Shown: positions 52,292 through 62,397, counted from the first letter of the stretch. The stretch: DNA of 64,000 nucleotides from an uncultured Candidatus Saccharimonadales bacterium (GCA_964467655.1 CAYXSN010000005.1:16920-80919); one strand, 5' to 3'. Notes: generated from the sequence alone by a model not told the origin. Made by a program: numbers and translations.

Positions 52292-55200
52292 CTACCACCT
52301 TCCTCCTACGATGAAGTCCCAGTGACGATCTTTACCGCGCCACTTCCAACCAGCACGGAAAGTCTGGCGGTTACCCGGAAAGCGCGACCACCCTAACTTG
52401 AAACTTCCATAATTATTTAGTTTACCGGCACCACTGCCCAGAGTTGCGTGTCCAAAGAGCTTACTATTTACCCCAATGACCGGCATTCGTGACTGTACAC
52501 GCGCCAACTTAGTACTAACCGCTTCAACTCCCTTAAGAAACATCCCCGCCCTACCGGCATTTACCGCCTTTGCTGCAACCTTGGTCAACAAGCCCGCGCC
52601 CACCAAACCACCAGCAGCAACCAACGCCTCCCCGTACCGTCCCTGAGCGACATTCCCTGCGACAGCAACCGCAGAGCATGCTATGCCGATCGGACCAGGT
52701 ATAAACGAGCCTATTGTAGCAACTGTGGTAACAACTTTTGCCGCAGCCTTAAACTTGTCCCAGAATCCAGCATTCCCATCTAAGTCGAAACCGTTTACTG
52801 GATCAGTCGGGTACACATAGCCGTTCTCGTTTCCACCCTCCTGCGGATCGACCTGGAGGAACCTCCCAATCTTCGCCAGGTACACCCGTGCCCCCATCTC
52901 AGTCGGAGCAAGAGCAAAGGCTGTTTCGGTGTCCTTTTCGTGCTGACCGACCCAGCCATAGGTAGAGCCGGTTGCGGTGTTGTTGGGGGAGCTAGCGACC
53001 GGGTTACCGAAGGGATCGTACATGAAGGTACCCGTTTGCGTACCATTGGCGTCGGTGGTTGCCATAGTGTCGCCATGAACATTGACGAGGGAGAAGACGC
53101 GGTTAGCCGGAGCTGTTTGGTTCGGTCGTACAGTCAGAAGAACTCCACCGGGCAGTTGCTCATACTTCTCGACGATGGCATTGCTTGCATCGAGGAGTAG
53201 ATCGGGAGAGTCGCCAGCGCCCGTAAACCCATACTTGTTGGTAGTCGTAGAGCCATTGACCAGCACCCGCTGGATAGTCCTACCCTGGACATCGCGAGTG
53301 TAGGTAGCAGACTTGCTACCTACAGTAATCGAGCTGTTGCGATCACTTGAATCGTACGCAAACTGAGTGACAGGCGTGGTGCCAATTTGAGTGGTGTTGC
53401 CATGCGCATCGTAGACGGGGCTCGTGACGGAGGCATCGGAGCTACTTACGAGGCGGTCAGCGTAATCGTAACAGTAGGTCGTCGTGACCCCATTTACCGT
53501 TTGGCTGGTTCGGTTGGAGTTTTTGTTGGCATTGGCATTGTAGGTACCCGTGCAACTAGTAGGGGAGCCAAAACCGTAGCTGTAGGTATTTGAGCCAATG
53601 GTCGCAGAGGTTAGGCGGCCTGCTTTGTCGTAAGTGTAGCTCTTGCTTTGACCAAGCTCGGTGCCAGAGATGATTTGGCCGGATTGGCTGCGAGTAACAG
53701 CGTCGGTAACATGCGTCGTACCATTACCGAGCGTGTAATCCATGCCCACCGTCCGGCCGAGAGAGTCGCGGGAGATGGCCAGAGCTTGCGAGCCAGCGGT
53801 AGGGTAGGTGACGCCTGACAGGCGACCGTAGCCATCGTAGCTCGGAACCGCCTGGGTAACCCCGTCGAGGGTTTGGGTGGTTAAACGATTGTAACTATCG
53901 TATGTGAACCCTTCTGCGCCGAGCGGACCGGAACGCGAGCTGAGGCGGCCGAGAGAGTCGTAGCTCGTTGTGGTGGTCTGGTTGTTGGCGTCGGTGTAGC
54001 TGACTGTACGGCCAAGGAGGTCGCTAGTGCTGGTAATGGTGCCATTAGCATCGGCCGTGCTCACAACGAAGGGATTACCACCAACGGACCAGTTGTTAGT
54101 GACGGTGCGGGCCGGAGCGCTACCAAAGGCCGGGATGGCAACTTGTGTGACTCGGCCGCGAGAGTCGTAGGTGGTGCAAGTCCAGGAATCACTATTGTAG
54201 CGAGTAGCCACCACCCGACCAGCTGCGTCGTAAACTGTTTCAGTGGTACGGCTAATTTGAGCGCCAGCTCCATCTGGGTCGGCTTCAGCCTTGAGCTTCA
54301 GCATACCTGCCTGGCTCACGGCCGCTCCGCCCACGCAGGGGTTAGCCCGGGTTTCGGTGGCACCGTAATAGGCGTATTGCGTACTCGGGTTACCTGCATC
54401 GTTGCCCGGCAGCACCTTAGTGAGCTGCCGCAAGTAGCTACCGCTAGTGCCTTGGGCTTCGTAGGTACTTGAGCTAGTGTAGTTGAGACCAGCAGAATCG
54501 AGGGTATTGGACTGTGCGAGGCCGAGCTCGGGATTAGCGCCGTAATTGGTAGTCGATTGCGTATCACCAACCGCAGCGCTTGAGTCAAAGGTCTTTTGGC
54601 TCGTCGCTAGTCCGTAACGGGGCGTCAAGATCGAACCAAGCACGCTCGTCTCACTCCCACCCGGCGCGGTCTTGAACAGTTCCAGATGACCGTCGGCGTC
54701 GAGCGTGGAGCCGACGGCTTTATTGTAATAGTCGAGCCGGACGCGGTGCCAGGAGTTGGCGGTCGGATTCGTGAACACGCCAACGGTATGGTCGCGGTAA
54801 ACACCGTCAGCCCAATCATCAGCCACAAGAATATCGTCAATCCAGAGGCGGGCACCATCGTCGGACTTAACTTTGAAAGTGTGGTCGCCGGTTTCGGCCA
54901 GCTTAATTGAACCGCTCAGCCGCAAGCCCCAACCGTAAGTGGACTGGCTCGGCGTAATGGGCTGCGTCGAGCCCCAATTCTTCACCACATCGCCGTTTGT
55001 GGGGCCAACGCCAGTTTGGTGGCTCCTGGGGGCGCCGGTGAGGACCTTGGTGCTCACGCCGGTGCCATTGGTAGCAATTGCGACGTCGTAGTAGGTGGCG
55101 GCTAGGCCGGTAATGCCCTCGTCATAGCCAGTTTGCGTATGGGGAGTTGAGCTGACATTAGCCGTCAGCGGCTTGCGGTCGGTCCCATACCAACTGCTCG

Positions 55201-58200
55201 GAGCGGGGCCATATTGATCCGTCGGCCGGTCGTCCTCGTCATAGATAGTAGTGGACTTGAGTCCAGCCGCATCCGTCGAAGAAAGCACCATATCCTTGCG
55301 AGGTGCCCCCGTAGTTGGGTCAACATCCCACTCGGTCTTGGTGGTGAGTCCAGATAACCAGCTCGACGGCGTACCAAAGGTTGTTCCGGTTGAAATACCA
55401 GCCATAATCTGGTCACCACCCGCCCCGGCGGTGCCGTTATTGAACGAGCCGAAGTCGGCCTTACCGTCAGCGTTTGCATCACCCGTAAACGGCTTCATGC
55501 CAAACCAGTTCCATCCCGCTAGGCTCTGAACATAGGTGGTGCTGTTAGCCAACGGTGAGCTCGCTCCATACAGGGTATGAAGGTCAGTGCCGCTCGGTGT
55601 ACTGTGGACCAATGCTACGTCATCATAAGCATCGCCATTAAAGTTGCCCGCAGCCAGGTTTACCTTCGACCAAACCCAGCCATTTGCAGCAGGGAGGCTG
55701 CGGATGTAGGTCGAGGTATTAGCGAATGGTGTCGTACCACCATTGAGCATATGAACATCAATGCCGTCACTGGCTACCTGATGGAAGATAGCCACGTCAG
55801 AGTAGCCATCGGCGTTAAACTTCCCGCCCGCCAGTTTCATCTTGGACCAGGCCCAACCGTTTGAAGCCGGTAAGTTTACTACCCAGGTAGAGCTATTGCC
55901 GAAAGGCGTCGAGCCACCGTAGAGGGCGTGTATCCCGACACCATCATCAGAGAGCTGATGGAAGATAGTAAGGTCAGCTTTACCATCACCGTTAATATCA
56001 CCAGGCACCAGCTTGAACTTGGACCAGGCCCAACCGCTAGAAGAGGGCATATTGCGTAGTAAGGTGGGGCTGTTATTGGAGGGTGAGCTGGTTCCATATA
56101 GTGCGTAGACATCGGCCCCGTCTCCGGTGGCCTGTCGAACCAAAGCTAGATCAGCTTTCCCATCGCCGTTAAAGTCACCCACAAGGGGCTTGATGCCATC
56201 CCAGCTCCAGCCCGGCAGGTTAGCCCAACGCACCAGCGGTTGGTAACCGCTACCCGTAGATGCTGCAAACATAACCTCCGAGCCACTCGCACCGCTGGCA
56301 CCGTTGTTGAGCAAGGCAACATCGGCTTTACCGTCGCCGTTAAAGTCACCCGTGATGGGGATCGTGCCGTTCCAGTTGAAGCCGTACTGCTCAGTATCGG
56401 TCAGCGTGCGATACGTTGTATCGTACGTGACTTTACGACCTCCGGTTACGGCAGTATCCGGGTGCATGATGGTGTAGCCAGCATCGCTACCAGCAGCCGA
56501 GTAATAGCTGTAGCTATGAGACTGATGAGCGGCTCCAGCAGTAGCAGCGGGCATGGTTATGCTTGAAACGCGGCCAATGGCGTCATAGGAAATGGTCGTA
56601 AGCTCGTTTCCATCCTGAGTACGAACGCCAGCCGAGATAGCATCATTCGCCAACGAATCCCGCATCGATGTGATGCGGCCGAGCGAATCAAAGCCATAGT
56701 CGCTAATCTCACTCCCGGGGTGGATTAGCCGAGCAAGCCGCCCCGTAGACGAGTAGGCAAACTGCGTAACCTGGCTGTCTGACGTAGTAACCGCACAAAT
56801 CATGCCAGCTGGTACGGCCGAGAAGCCCGAGGGAACCGAAGGACATCCGGCGTCGCCACTGTAGTAAACCTTAGCCCAACGACTTGAATCTACCCCATCG
56901 GTAACCTGGGTGAGATGGGCAGGGAGACCACTGTAACTGTACTGCAAAGCCGCCGGATTGCGATCGTCAGCCGGGCTCGTGCTCAGCTTGAGCGTGCCGT
57001 CAGTGTCGAAGACATAGGTACGGCCATCACTATCCTGGAGAGTGATGGTGCCGTCACCATTGCGGACCATGTGGCCGGTCTCGTTGACCGGAGGCGTGTA
57101 GCCCGAGCCGGTCCATTTATACTCATGCGTTTCACCGGTCGAGTCACGCAGAACCACACTATTTACGCCAATGGTCGCAAAATCATAACCAAGATCGCCA
57201 TCGGCATCAATGCTTAAGCCCCAGCCATCTGGCAGCACTTGAGCCTGCGGCAGCAGCCAGTCCGACGGCACCGGTAGGGTCTTGTCGATACCTGGCCCAT
57301 CAACATAGAGTCCAAGACTGGCATTGCCAGTCACCTCACGGTATTCAACCGTGATCGACTTAGTCTGTCCGGCAGTCATGGTGACGCCAGTTGAACCCGG
57401 CGCAGTCGTTGGCCAAGCGGGTGAGGTGGTGGAAGTAGACCAGTTATCGAGCTGGGTTACGCCATCCACGATAATCTTGATACCATCATCGGCCTGACCG
57501 CCAAACTTATAGGTGCCGTCTTGGGGTGCCTTAAAGTACCCCGACCAACGCACTACAAAGTTGTCTGCTGGCCCGTTTGGTACCGGCGAACCAGCACCCC
57601 AATCCATCCCGAGCGTCGTGTCAGTACGAGCCAAGAAGCGGCTACTGACATCCGACTCGCTCGAAGGGAATGAGCTTCCGGTGTAATAACGCCCGATGAG
57701 ACCGTGCGGCGTAGCCACTGGCCGCACCCCGGTCTGAAGCCATTCAGTTGGCACAACTTGGTCAGAGAAGCCAACGCCGCGAACCCATAAACTGTTATAA
57801 GCTGCTCCAGTCGCCTCGGTGTAATCAACCGTAATGGGCACGGCCTGACCAGCCGTCAGGGCAACTCCCGTTCCCCAATGTTGGTTGGTGTAGCAACCTC
57901 CGCTGGTCGTATCCAGGACTACCTGACTATTGAGGGTAACTTTAACCGTATCATCACCAACACAGCCCATCGTGTAGGTGGTGGTATAGGGAGCCACAAA
58001 GTAGCCGCTCCAGCGAGCGCTAAAGTTATCTGTCGTTACCATGCCGGTGTACGGAGAGCCGGTATTCCAGTTGTAGTCGACGTTGGGCTCGACTCGGGTC
58101 AAAACGGGGTTGCCGGAAAAGGTGGTGTTGTTCCAGTACTGTGCTACCAGACCCTGGCGAGACCGTTGCGGCGAGTTGTAGTCAAGACCGATGCCCAAGC

Positions 58201-60124
58201 TACCGCCAAGTGCCGCGATTGAATGACTCTTGGCTCCAGTCGTTAAATTACCCGTAGCCAGGTCGACACTAACCGGGCCCACCGTATCAAACGCTTGGGT
58301 CGCATCCTTGCCGTTGCGCATATCAACTTTAAACGAGTATGTAGGGCTATAAACCGAAGCAGATTTGAGATAGGTGCCCTGGTAGCTATCCCACACCAAA
58401 GACTGCCAATAATAGGTTGTCCCGTCCTGCAAGACGTTGTCCGGCACGGTCCACTGTGATATCGGGGTAAGCCCCGAATCGGCAACGACACCGCTCACGC
58501 TTTGAATCGTGTTATATGGGTTCGAACCAGGAACGGTTTTGCTCGTTCCAATGATGTACCGATACTGCAATGGCCCGGGTCCATCTGGGTCGGTCGAAGC
58601 CGTAGTTTTTAGAAGTGGCTGGTTGGTCGTGGTTATGCCTTGGTCGGCAGGGGAACCGGCCGCAATCAGGCTTTGTGACGGAAGCGATTCGTAGTCAAAC
58701 CAGACGAGCGTACGGTCGTAGGCCAGTAGTTTGTAGGAGTTCGTGTTAGCCTCTTCGCCGTGGACAATCATCCAAGCGCTGTAATCGCCAGCCGCGGCCG
58801 CTCTCCGGTACATATCCGACACATCAATGTCGCCTGTCGAGCCAACCGTCCCACTCTGCTCACCATAAGCATAGTCGATACAGCCATACCCGAAGCATCC
58901 CGCGTGGTCGAGGTAAACTGAGCGGTTATCGTAGGTGCCGTAGTAATGAACCCCGTCGGGAGTGGGCATCTCGACGTGGAAGATGGCTTGGACGATATAT
59001 TTGCCCGCCACCGACGAATATGGGGAATAGAACATGAACCGCCAGATATTGCCACTAACGTTACCCACACTGTTGCCACAGCCCTGGCCCGGGTTGCAGA
59101 CATAGCCGTCCGACTTGTAGTTAACGTAGTTGCTCCCGCTATAGCTCCAAAACGACGGATCAATCACCAGAGGGAATTTATCGGTGGTCTGCTTTTGCAT
59201 CCAGTCCGAATCAAGCGTAACGGTGAGGCGTGAACCATTTACCGATTGCCGGACAATTGGTGCGGCCCCCAAGATGCCCTCAGTAGCAGTGGCGATAGTC
59301 GGAACCGGAAGCTTAATGTTGCTCAAAGCCCCGTCGAGCTTAAAACCGCCCGGATTGTCGGTATCAGGCAAGAGGTTTGCGCCCGAGAAATCAAACGAAA
59401 AAGTGCTAGCGGCGGCCCGGCTCTTTATGACGATGCTCTCTTTAACCTCTGAACCCGACAACTGGTACATCAGATCAATGCCCGGCCAGACATTACGGTA
59501 CTTCACGATCTGGTTAGGGGCGGTACCGGTGACTTCTGGCTGGACTTGGCTTGCGCCGAGGGGTTTGAAAGTGACTGTCTGTCCGCCTTGATTTAGCTCA
59601 ACTCCTTGTGTAGGCGAAACTGCGCCAAAGCGAGCCTGCCAGGAGTTAGCTTTGGTCTTCCATTTACCATCCGTGGCGTCTTGAGCCAGAGACACATCGA
59701 CGTCTTTCCATTGGCCATTTTCTCGATAGCTCGTAGCTACTAGGCTACGGCGAAGGCTTTTGCTGCCGTCGGCGTTGAGGAAAACGGTGTCATTTTCAGT
59801 CCGACCTTCATTGAGAGCTTGCACGTGCCGTCTATCGCTTGGATGACCATCTTGCTGTGCTTTGCGGTCAGCATCCAGCTGCTGTTGGACAGAGATTGGG
59901 AGTGCGGAGGCTTTGCCAGTAGGGAGGGTGGCGTCGGCGGCCGGGGCGCTTGCGGGGGTGGTCTCAGCTAAAGCATGCGGTGTCCGAGCCTGATGCTTAT
60001 TGTAGGCGTCGATGAGCAATCCCACGCCAACTGAACTCAAAGTAATTGCGCCAACCATAAATATATTGAACGCAGAATAATGGAGCTTACGATCAATTAC
60101 TTTTTTGACACGCTGATACCACAT
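52292..60124 (-). CDS. RHS/YD-repeat polymorphic toxin with N-terminal TM/signal, three PA14 domains, FG-GAP repeats and a ~160-aa C-terminal tip
   Basis: DNFSARWSGY/DDG PA14 motifs; GDFNGDGKAD repeats; YD repeats; core end MGARVY...GRFLQVDP..GG..N.YVY..DPVNGFDLDG. Confidence 0.92.
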   Translation of the reverse strand: MWYQRVKKVIDRKLHYSAFNIFMVGAITLSSVGVGLLIDAYNKHQARTPHALAETTPASAPAADATLPTGKASALPISVQQQLDADRKAQQDGHPSDRRHVQALNEGRTENDTVFLNADGSKSLRRSLVATSYRENGQWKDVDVSLAQDATDGKWKTKANSWQARFGAVSPTQGVELNQGGQTVTFKPLGASQVQPEVTGTAPNQIVKYRNVWPGIDLMYQLSGSEVKESIVIKSRAAASTFSFDFSGANLLPDTDNPGGFKLDGALSNIKLPVPTIATATEGILGAAPIVRQSVNGSRLTVTLDSDWMQKQTTDKFPLVIDPSFWSYSGSNYVNYKSDGYVCNPGQGCGNSVGNVSGNIWRFMFYSPYSSVAGKYIVQAIFHVEMPTPDGVHYYGTYDNRSVYLDHAGCFGYGCIDYAYGEQSGTVGSTGDIDVSDMYRRAAAAGDYSAWMIVHGEEANTNSYKLLAYDRTLVWFDYESLPSQSLIAAGSPADQGITTTNQPLLKTTASTDPDGPGPLQYRYIIGTSKTVPGSNPYNTIQSVSGVVADSGLTPISQWTVPDNVLQDGTTYYWQSLVWDSYQGTYLKSASVYSPTYSFKVDMRNGKDATQAFDTVGPVSVDLATGNLTTGAKSHSIAALGGSLGIGLDYNSPQRSRQGLVAQYWNNTTFSGNPVLTRVEPNVDYNWNTGSPYTGMVTTDNFSARWSGYFVAPYTTTYTMGCVGDDTVKVTLNSQVVLDTTSGGCYTNQHWGTGVALTAGQAVPITVDYTEATGAAYNSLWVRGVGFSDQVVPTEWLQTGVRPVATPHGLIGRYYTGSSFPSSESDVSSRFLARTDTTLGMDWGAGSPVPNGPADNFVVRWSGYFKAPQDGTYKFGGQADDGIKIIVDGVTQLDNWSTSTTSPAWPTTAPGSTGVTMTAGQTKSITVEYREVTGNASLGLYVDGPGIDKTLPVPSDWLLPQAQVLPDGWGLSIDADGDLGYDFATIGVNSVVLRDSTGETHEYKWTGSGYTPPVNETGHMVRNGDGTITLQDSDGRTYVFDTDGTLKLSTSPADDRNPAALQYSYSGLPAHLTQVTDGVDSSRWAKVYYSGDAGCPSVPSGFSAVPAGMICAVTTSDSQVTQFAYSSTGRLARLIHPGSEISDYGFDSLGRITSMRDSLANDAISAGVRTQDGNELTTISYDAIGRVSSITMPAATAGAAHQSHSYSYYSAAGSDAGYTIMHPDTAVTGGRKVTYDTTYRTLTDTEQYGFNWNGTIPITGDFNGDGKADVALLNNGASGASGSEVMFAASTGSGYQPLVRWANLPGWSWDGIKPLVGDFNGDGKADLALVRQATGDGADVYALYGTSSPSNNSPTLLRNMPSSSGWAWSKFKLVPGDINGDGKADLTIFHQLSDDGVGIHALYGGSTPFGNSSTWVVNLPASNGWAWSKMKLAGGKFNADGYSDVAIFHQVASDGIDVHMLNGGTTPFANTSTYIRSLPAANGWVWSKVNLAAGNFNGDAYDDVALVHSTPSGTDLHTLYGASSPLANSTTYVQSLAGWNWFGMKPFTGDANADGKADFGSFNNGTAGAGGDQIMAGISTGTTFGTPSSWLSGLTTKTEWDVDPTTGAPRKDMVLSSTDAAGLKSTTIYDEDDRPTDQYGPAPSSWYGTDRKPLTANVSSTPHTQTGYDEGITGLAATYYDVAIATNGTGVSTKVLTGAPRSHQTGVGPTNGDVVKNWGSTQPITPSQSTYGWGLRLSGSIKLAETGDHTFKVKSDDGARLWIDDILVADDWADGVYRDHTVGVFTNPTANSWHRVRLDYYNKAVGSTLDADGHLELFKTAPGGSETSVLGSILTPRYGLATSQKTFDSSAAVGDTQSTTNYGANPELGLAQSNTLDSAGLNYTSSSTYEAQGTSGSYLRQLTKVLPGNDAGNPSTQYAYYGATETRANPCVGGAAVSQAGMLKLKAEADPDGAGAQISRTTETVYDAAGRVVATRYNSDSWTCTTYDSRGRVTQVAIPAFGSAPARTVTNNWSVGGNPFVVSTADANGTITSTSDLLGRTVSYTDANNQTTTTSYDSLGRLSSRSGPLGAEGFTYDSYNRLTTQTLDGVTQAVPSYDGYGRLSGVTYPTAGSQALAISRDSLGRTVGMDYTLGNGTTHVTDAVTRSQSGQIISGTELGQSKSYTYDKAGRLTSATIGSNTYSYGFGSPTSCTGTYNANANKNSNRTSQTVNGVTTTYCYDYADRLVSSSDASVTSPVYDAHGNTTQIGTTPVTQFAYDSSDRNSSITVGSKSATYTRDVQGRTIQRVLVNGSTTTNKYGFTGAGDSPDLLLDASNAIVEKYEQLPGGVLLTVRPNQTAPANRVFSLVNVHGDTMATTDANGTQTGTFMYDPFGNPVASSPNNTATGSTYGWVGQHEKDTETAFALAPTEMGARVYLAKIGRFLQVDPQEGGNENGYVYPTDPVNGFDLDGNAGFWDKFKAAAKVVTTVATIGSFIPGPIGIACSAVAVAGNVAQGRYGEALVAAGGLVGAGLLTKVAAKAVNAGRAGMFLKGVEAVSTKLARVQSRMPVIGVNSKLFGHATLGSGAGKLNNYGSFKLGWSRFPGNRQTFRAGWKWRGKDRHWDFIVGGRW

Positions 60125-60189
60125 CTGATTGGCTCCACCATTAGTATTTTAAACAGTACATGCTTGGTTTATGGCTTGGCAAGAGTTCA

Positions 60190-60209
60190 CCCACCACTCC
60201 GCTCACTAT
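60190..60209 (+). repeat. Junction motif copy 3
   Basis: CCCACCACTCCGCTCACTAT. Confidence 0.9.
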
Positions 60210-60239
60210 TTCTTCACAATTGCCTCCTTTTTATAATCG

Positions 60240-60587
60240 CTAGTTCTTAAGATACCGACCATAAGTATCCATAAGGTCCTCACGATTGCGCGGATTATTG
60301 AGCTGACCCAGTATCATAAGACCGCTGAACCCATAGCCAACCATAAAGGCAATGAGGTAAGCCGGGAACCAGGCCCGTAGACCAGCATAAACAGCAGCCG
60401 ATATTGCCAGCCAGACTAACGGGCTAGCCAATGTTACAACCCACGGAATTTTGTCTACTCGGCCAGCCCTCTTCCAGCGATACAACTGAGGTAGCGCCAA
60501 AAACAGGGGATAGATAATTTGAGCCGTCGCTAGCGCCCCAACGCCACAACCAATCATTAAAGCAATACAACCAAGAATAAGTACCAT
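60240..60587 (-). CDS. Small membrane protein (3 TM)
   Basis: AAGGAG SD; hydrophobic helices. Confidence 0.7.
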   Translation of the reverse strand: MVLILGCIALMIGCGVGALATAQIIYPLFLALPQLYRWKRAGRVDKIPWVVTLASPLVWLAISAAVYAGLRAWFPAYLIAFMVGYGFSGLMILGQLNNPRNREDLMDTYGRYLKN

Positions 60588-60685
60588 TTCTGGCTCCCTT
60601 TGTTAAAGCCATAATACAGTTTTTTCAAGATAAACTCCATGTATACTGCGTGGAGTAGACATGGAGCTCCATATCTAATGGAAAC

Positions 60686-60946
60686 ATGTCAGGCAATCTC
60701 CAGGAACCCGAAAACGAAGATCGCGAGCTGAAACAGCAATTCAGCCTACGGCTGGGTAAACGCCTGCGCGAAGTCCGCGAGTCGAAGCAGATTACGCAAG
60801 AAGAGCTCGCTAACCGCGCCAACATTTACAGGACTTATGTGGGCCATATTGAAACTGGCACCTACAGCCCGACAGTCTACACCATGTCACGCTTAGCCAA
60901 GGCAATGGGTATTGAGTTGGCAGAGTTATTGCGCGATTTAGATTAG
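60686..60946 (+). CDS. XRE-family HTH regulator
   Basis: LGKRLREVRE...TQEELA..A.I.RTYVGHIETG...PT. Confidence 0.92.
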   Translation: MSGNLQEPENEDRELKQQFSLRLGKRLREVRESKQITQEELANRANIYRTYVGHIETGTYSPTVYTMSRLAKAMGIELAELLRDLD

Positions 60947-61029
60947 CTTTAGCGATGCAGCCCCTGGAGCCACTCTACCACCGCCAGCAAGCTTTCAGGT
61001 TAGTGGGGTTTTAGGCTAAGTTAGGCCAC

Positions 61030-61049
61030 CCCACCATCTAGCTCACTAT
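61030..61049 (+). repeat. Junction motif copy 4
   Basis: CCCACCATCTAGCTCACTAT. Confidence 0.9.
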
Positions 61050-61101
61050 TCCATCCAGGTATAAACTAGGTGGCAAACAGATATGAGGATGAGCATTACA
61101 C

Positions 61102-62325
61102 ATGGATCGATACTGGCCACTAAGTAAGGTATATTTCCTTGGCCAACTAGCTTTATTCCCTGAGCGATTAACCAATCGCGAGCTCTCGCCGTACGATCTC
61201 GGCGACAATGCCACCACCGTGCTCCAAACCTTGCAGTCATATGTGAGCGAAGGACTCTTCCAACTTGAAATTAGATTTAGCCCCTCCTATATCAAACAAG
61301 AAGAAGCTCTAATCAAGATGTCGGCGGCAGTCACTCTTATAGGCAACTCTTCCACGGGGTATAAGCTCAGAGAAAAATATGGCCTGGGGCCAGCTTACGA
61401 AAGCGTCAAAGGTAACCACCCTCTAACCGAAGCCGAGCTCAAACACCTGCTTGGGCACCTACACAAGGAATGCGACACTTACCTACGATTCAAGATAATT
61501 GCGCTCGACCAAACCAAAGTTCAGGTAAGGCTCATCGAGTACCTCAATAAATTCCACGCCGGTGATTTAACAAGCGGGGGAGCGGAGGATGAGCCAGAGA
61601 GCTACGAAATCCAATTCATGCACTTGTTTAATGCCTTGAACAGGCAATACGAGTCCTTCCTCCATAAACCGGTGGTCAAGCTAACCGACATCTGGCTCGA
61701 TAAGTTTAAGCGATCACCCGCCAAAGCCCGATTTTGGGAATTGCTGTTTCTAGCGCACTTCAGTAACTCTATTAGGCTCATTAATATCGGGTATGAGGGT
61801 CGGTACCAAAGCAGTAAGTATACCGGCGCCAAAGCTTATACTTACGAGCACCCCACGCCCTTCGCCAAGCTAGAGATCCTGGAGCCGTTGAGGCAAAACA
61901 TACCGTACCAACCTCAGCAAGCCCAAAGCACGCCACCGGCAGCTACTGGCCAGACTCCACTCTTGGTTCTATCGGCCGATTCTGAAGACCGGCGGCTAGT
62001 TCTTAAAATTGGAGACGCCTACAAGCTCATCAGCAAGAGACGCTGCATTTACAAAAGCAACCCACATAAGCTACCCCAATGCATGGTAGCTAATAAGGGC
62101 CACGAGGTCGCCAGAGACCGGGCCGGTCTGCCCGGCAATCTCAAAATCAGCAATCTCGTTCAGGAGTTGGGCTTCACGGGGATAGTGCATTCAAAACTGC
62201 TCGCTGGCTGCGGTGCAGAAACGGTTACGCTCAAAGAAGATGCCTTGCTAAACCCAACCGAAGCCGATGAAATTCGCAAATCGTGTCAAGACCGGTTCGA
62301 CTTTATTCAGTTCAATCCCAACTAG
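61102..62325 (+). CDS. Hypothetical protein
   Basis: 407-aa ORF upstream of the element replication genes. Confidence 0.65.
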   Translation: MDRYWPLSKVYFLGQLALFPERLTNRELSPYDLGDNATTVLQTLQSYVSEGLFQLEIRFSPSYIKQEEALIKMSAAVTLIGNSSTGYKLREKYGLGPAYESVKGNHPLTEAELKHLLGHLHKECDTYLRFKIIALDQTKVQVRLIEYLNKFHAGDLTSGGAEDEPESYEIQFMHLFNALNRQYESFLHKPVVKLTDIWLDKFKRSPAKARFWELLFLAHFSNSIRLINIGYEGRYQSSKYTGAKAYTYEHPTPFAKLEILEPLRQNIPYQPQQAQSTPPAATGQTPLLVLSADSEDRRLVLKIGDAYKLISKRRCIYKSNPHKLPQCMVANKGHEVARDRAGLPGNLKISNLVQELGFTGIVHSKLLAGCGAETVTLKEDALLNPTEADEIRKSCQDRFDFIQFNPN

Positions 62326-62366
62326 AACTTAAGCTCAACAGCAAGAACCAGCGCTCAATCTCACTC

Positions 62367-62397
62367 GACGCCGACATGGCGTCCTTTTTTCGTTTTT
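62367..62397 (+). terminator. Rho-independent terminator
   Basis: GACGCC-GACAT-GGCGTC followed by T-tracts. Confidence 0.6.

Noticed and set aside
52292-60124. Type VI secretion effector
   Set aside because: No PAAR/VgrG domain or T6SS genes; the N-terminal hydrophobic segment points to Sec export.
47427-61049. Junction motif as a CRISPR repeat or Chi site
   Set aside because: Spacing is 0.8-11 kb with whole genes between copies, there are no cas genes, and the motif does not contain the exact GCTGGTGG.
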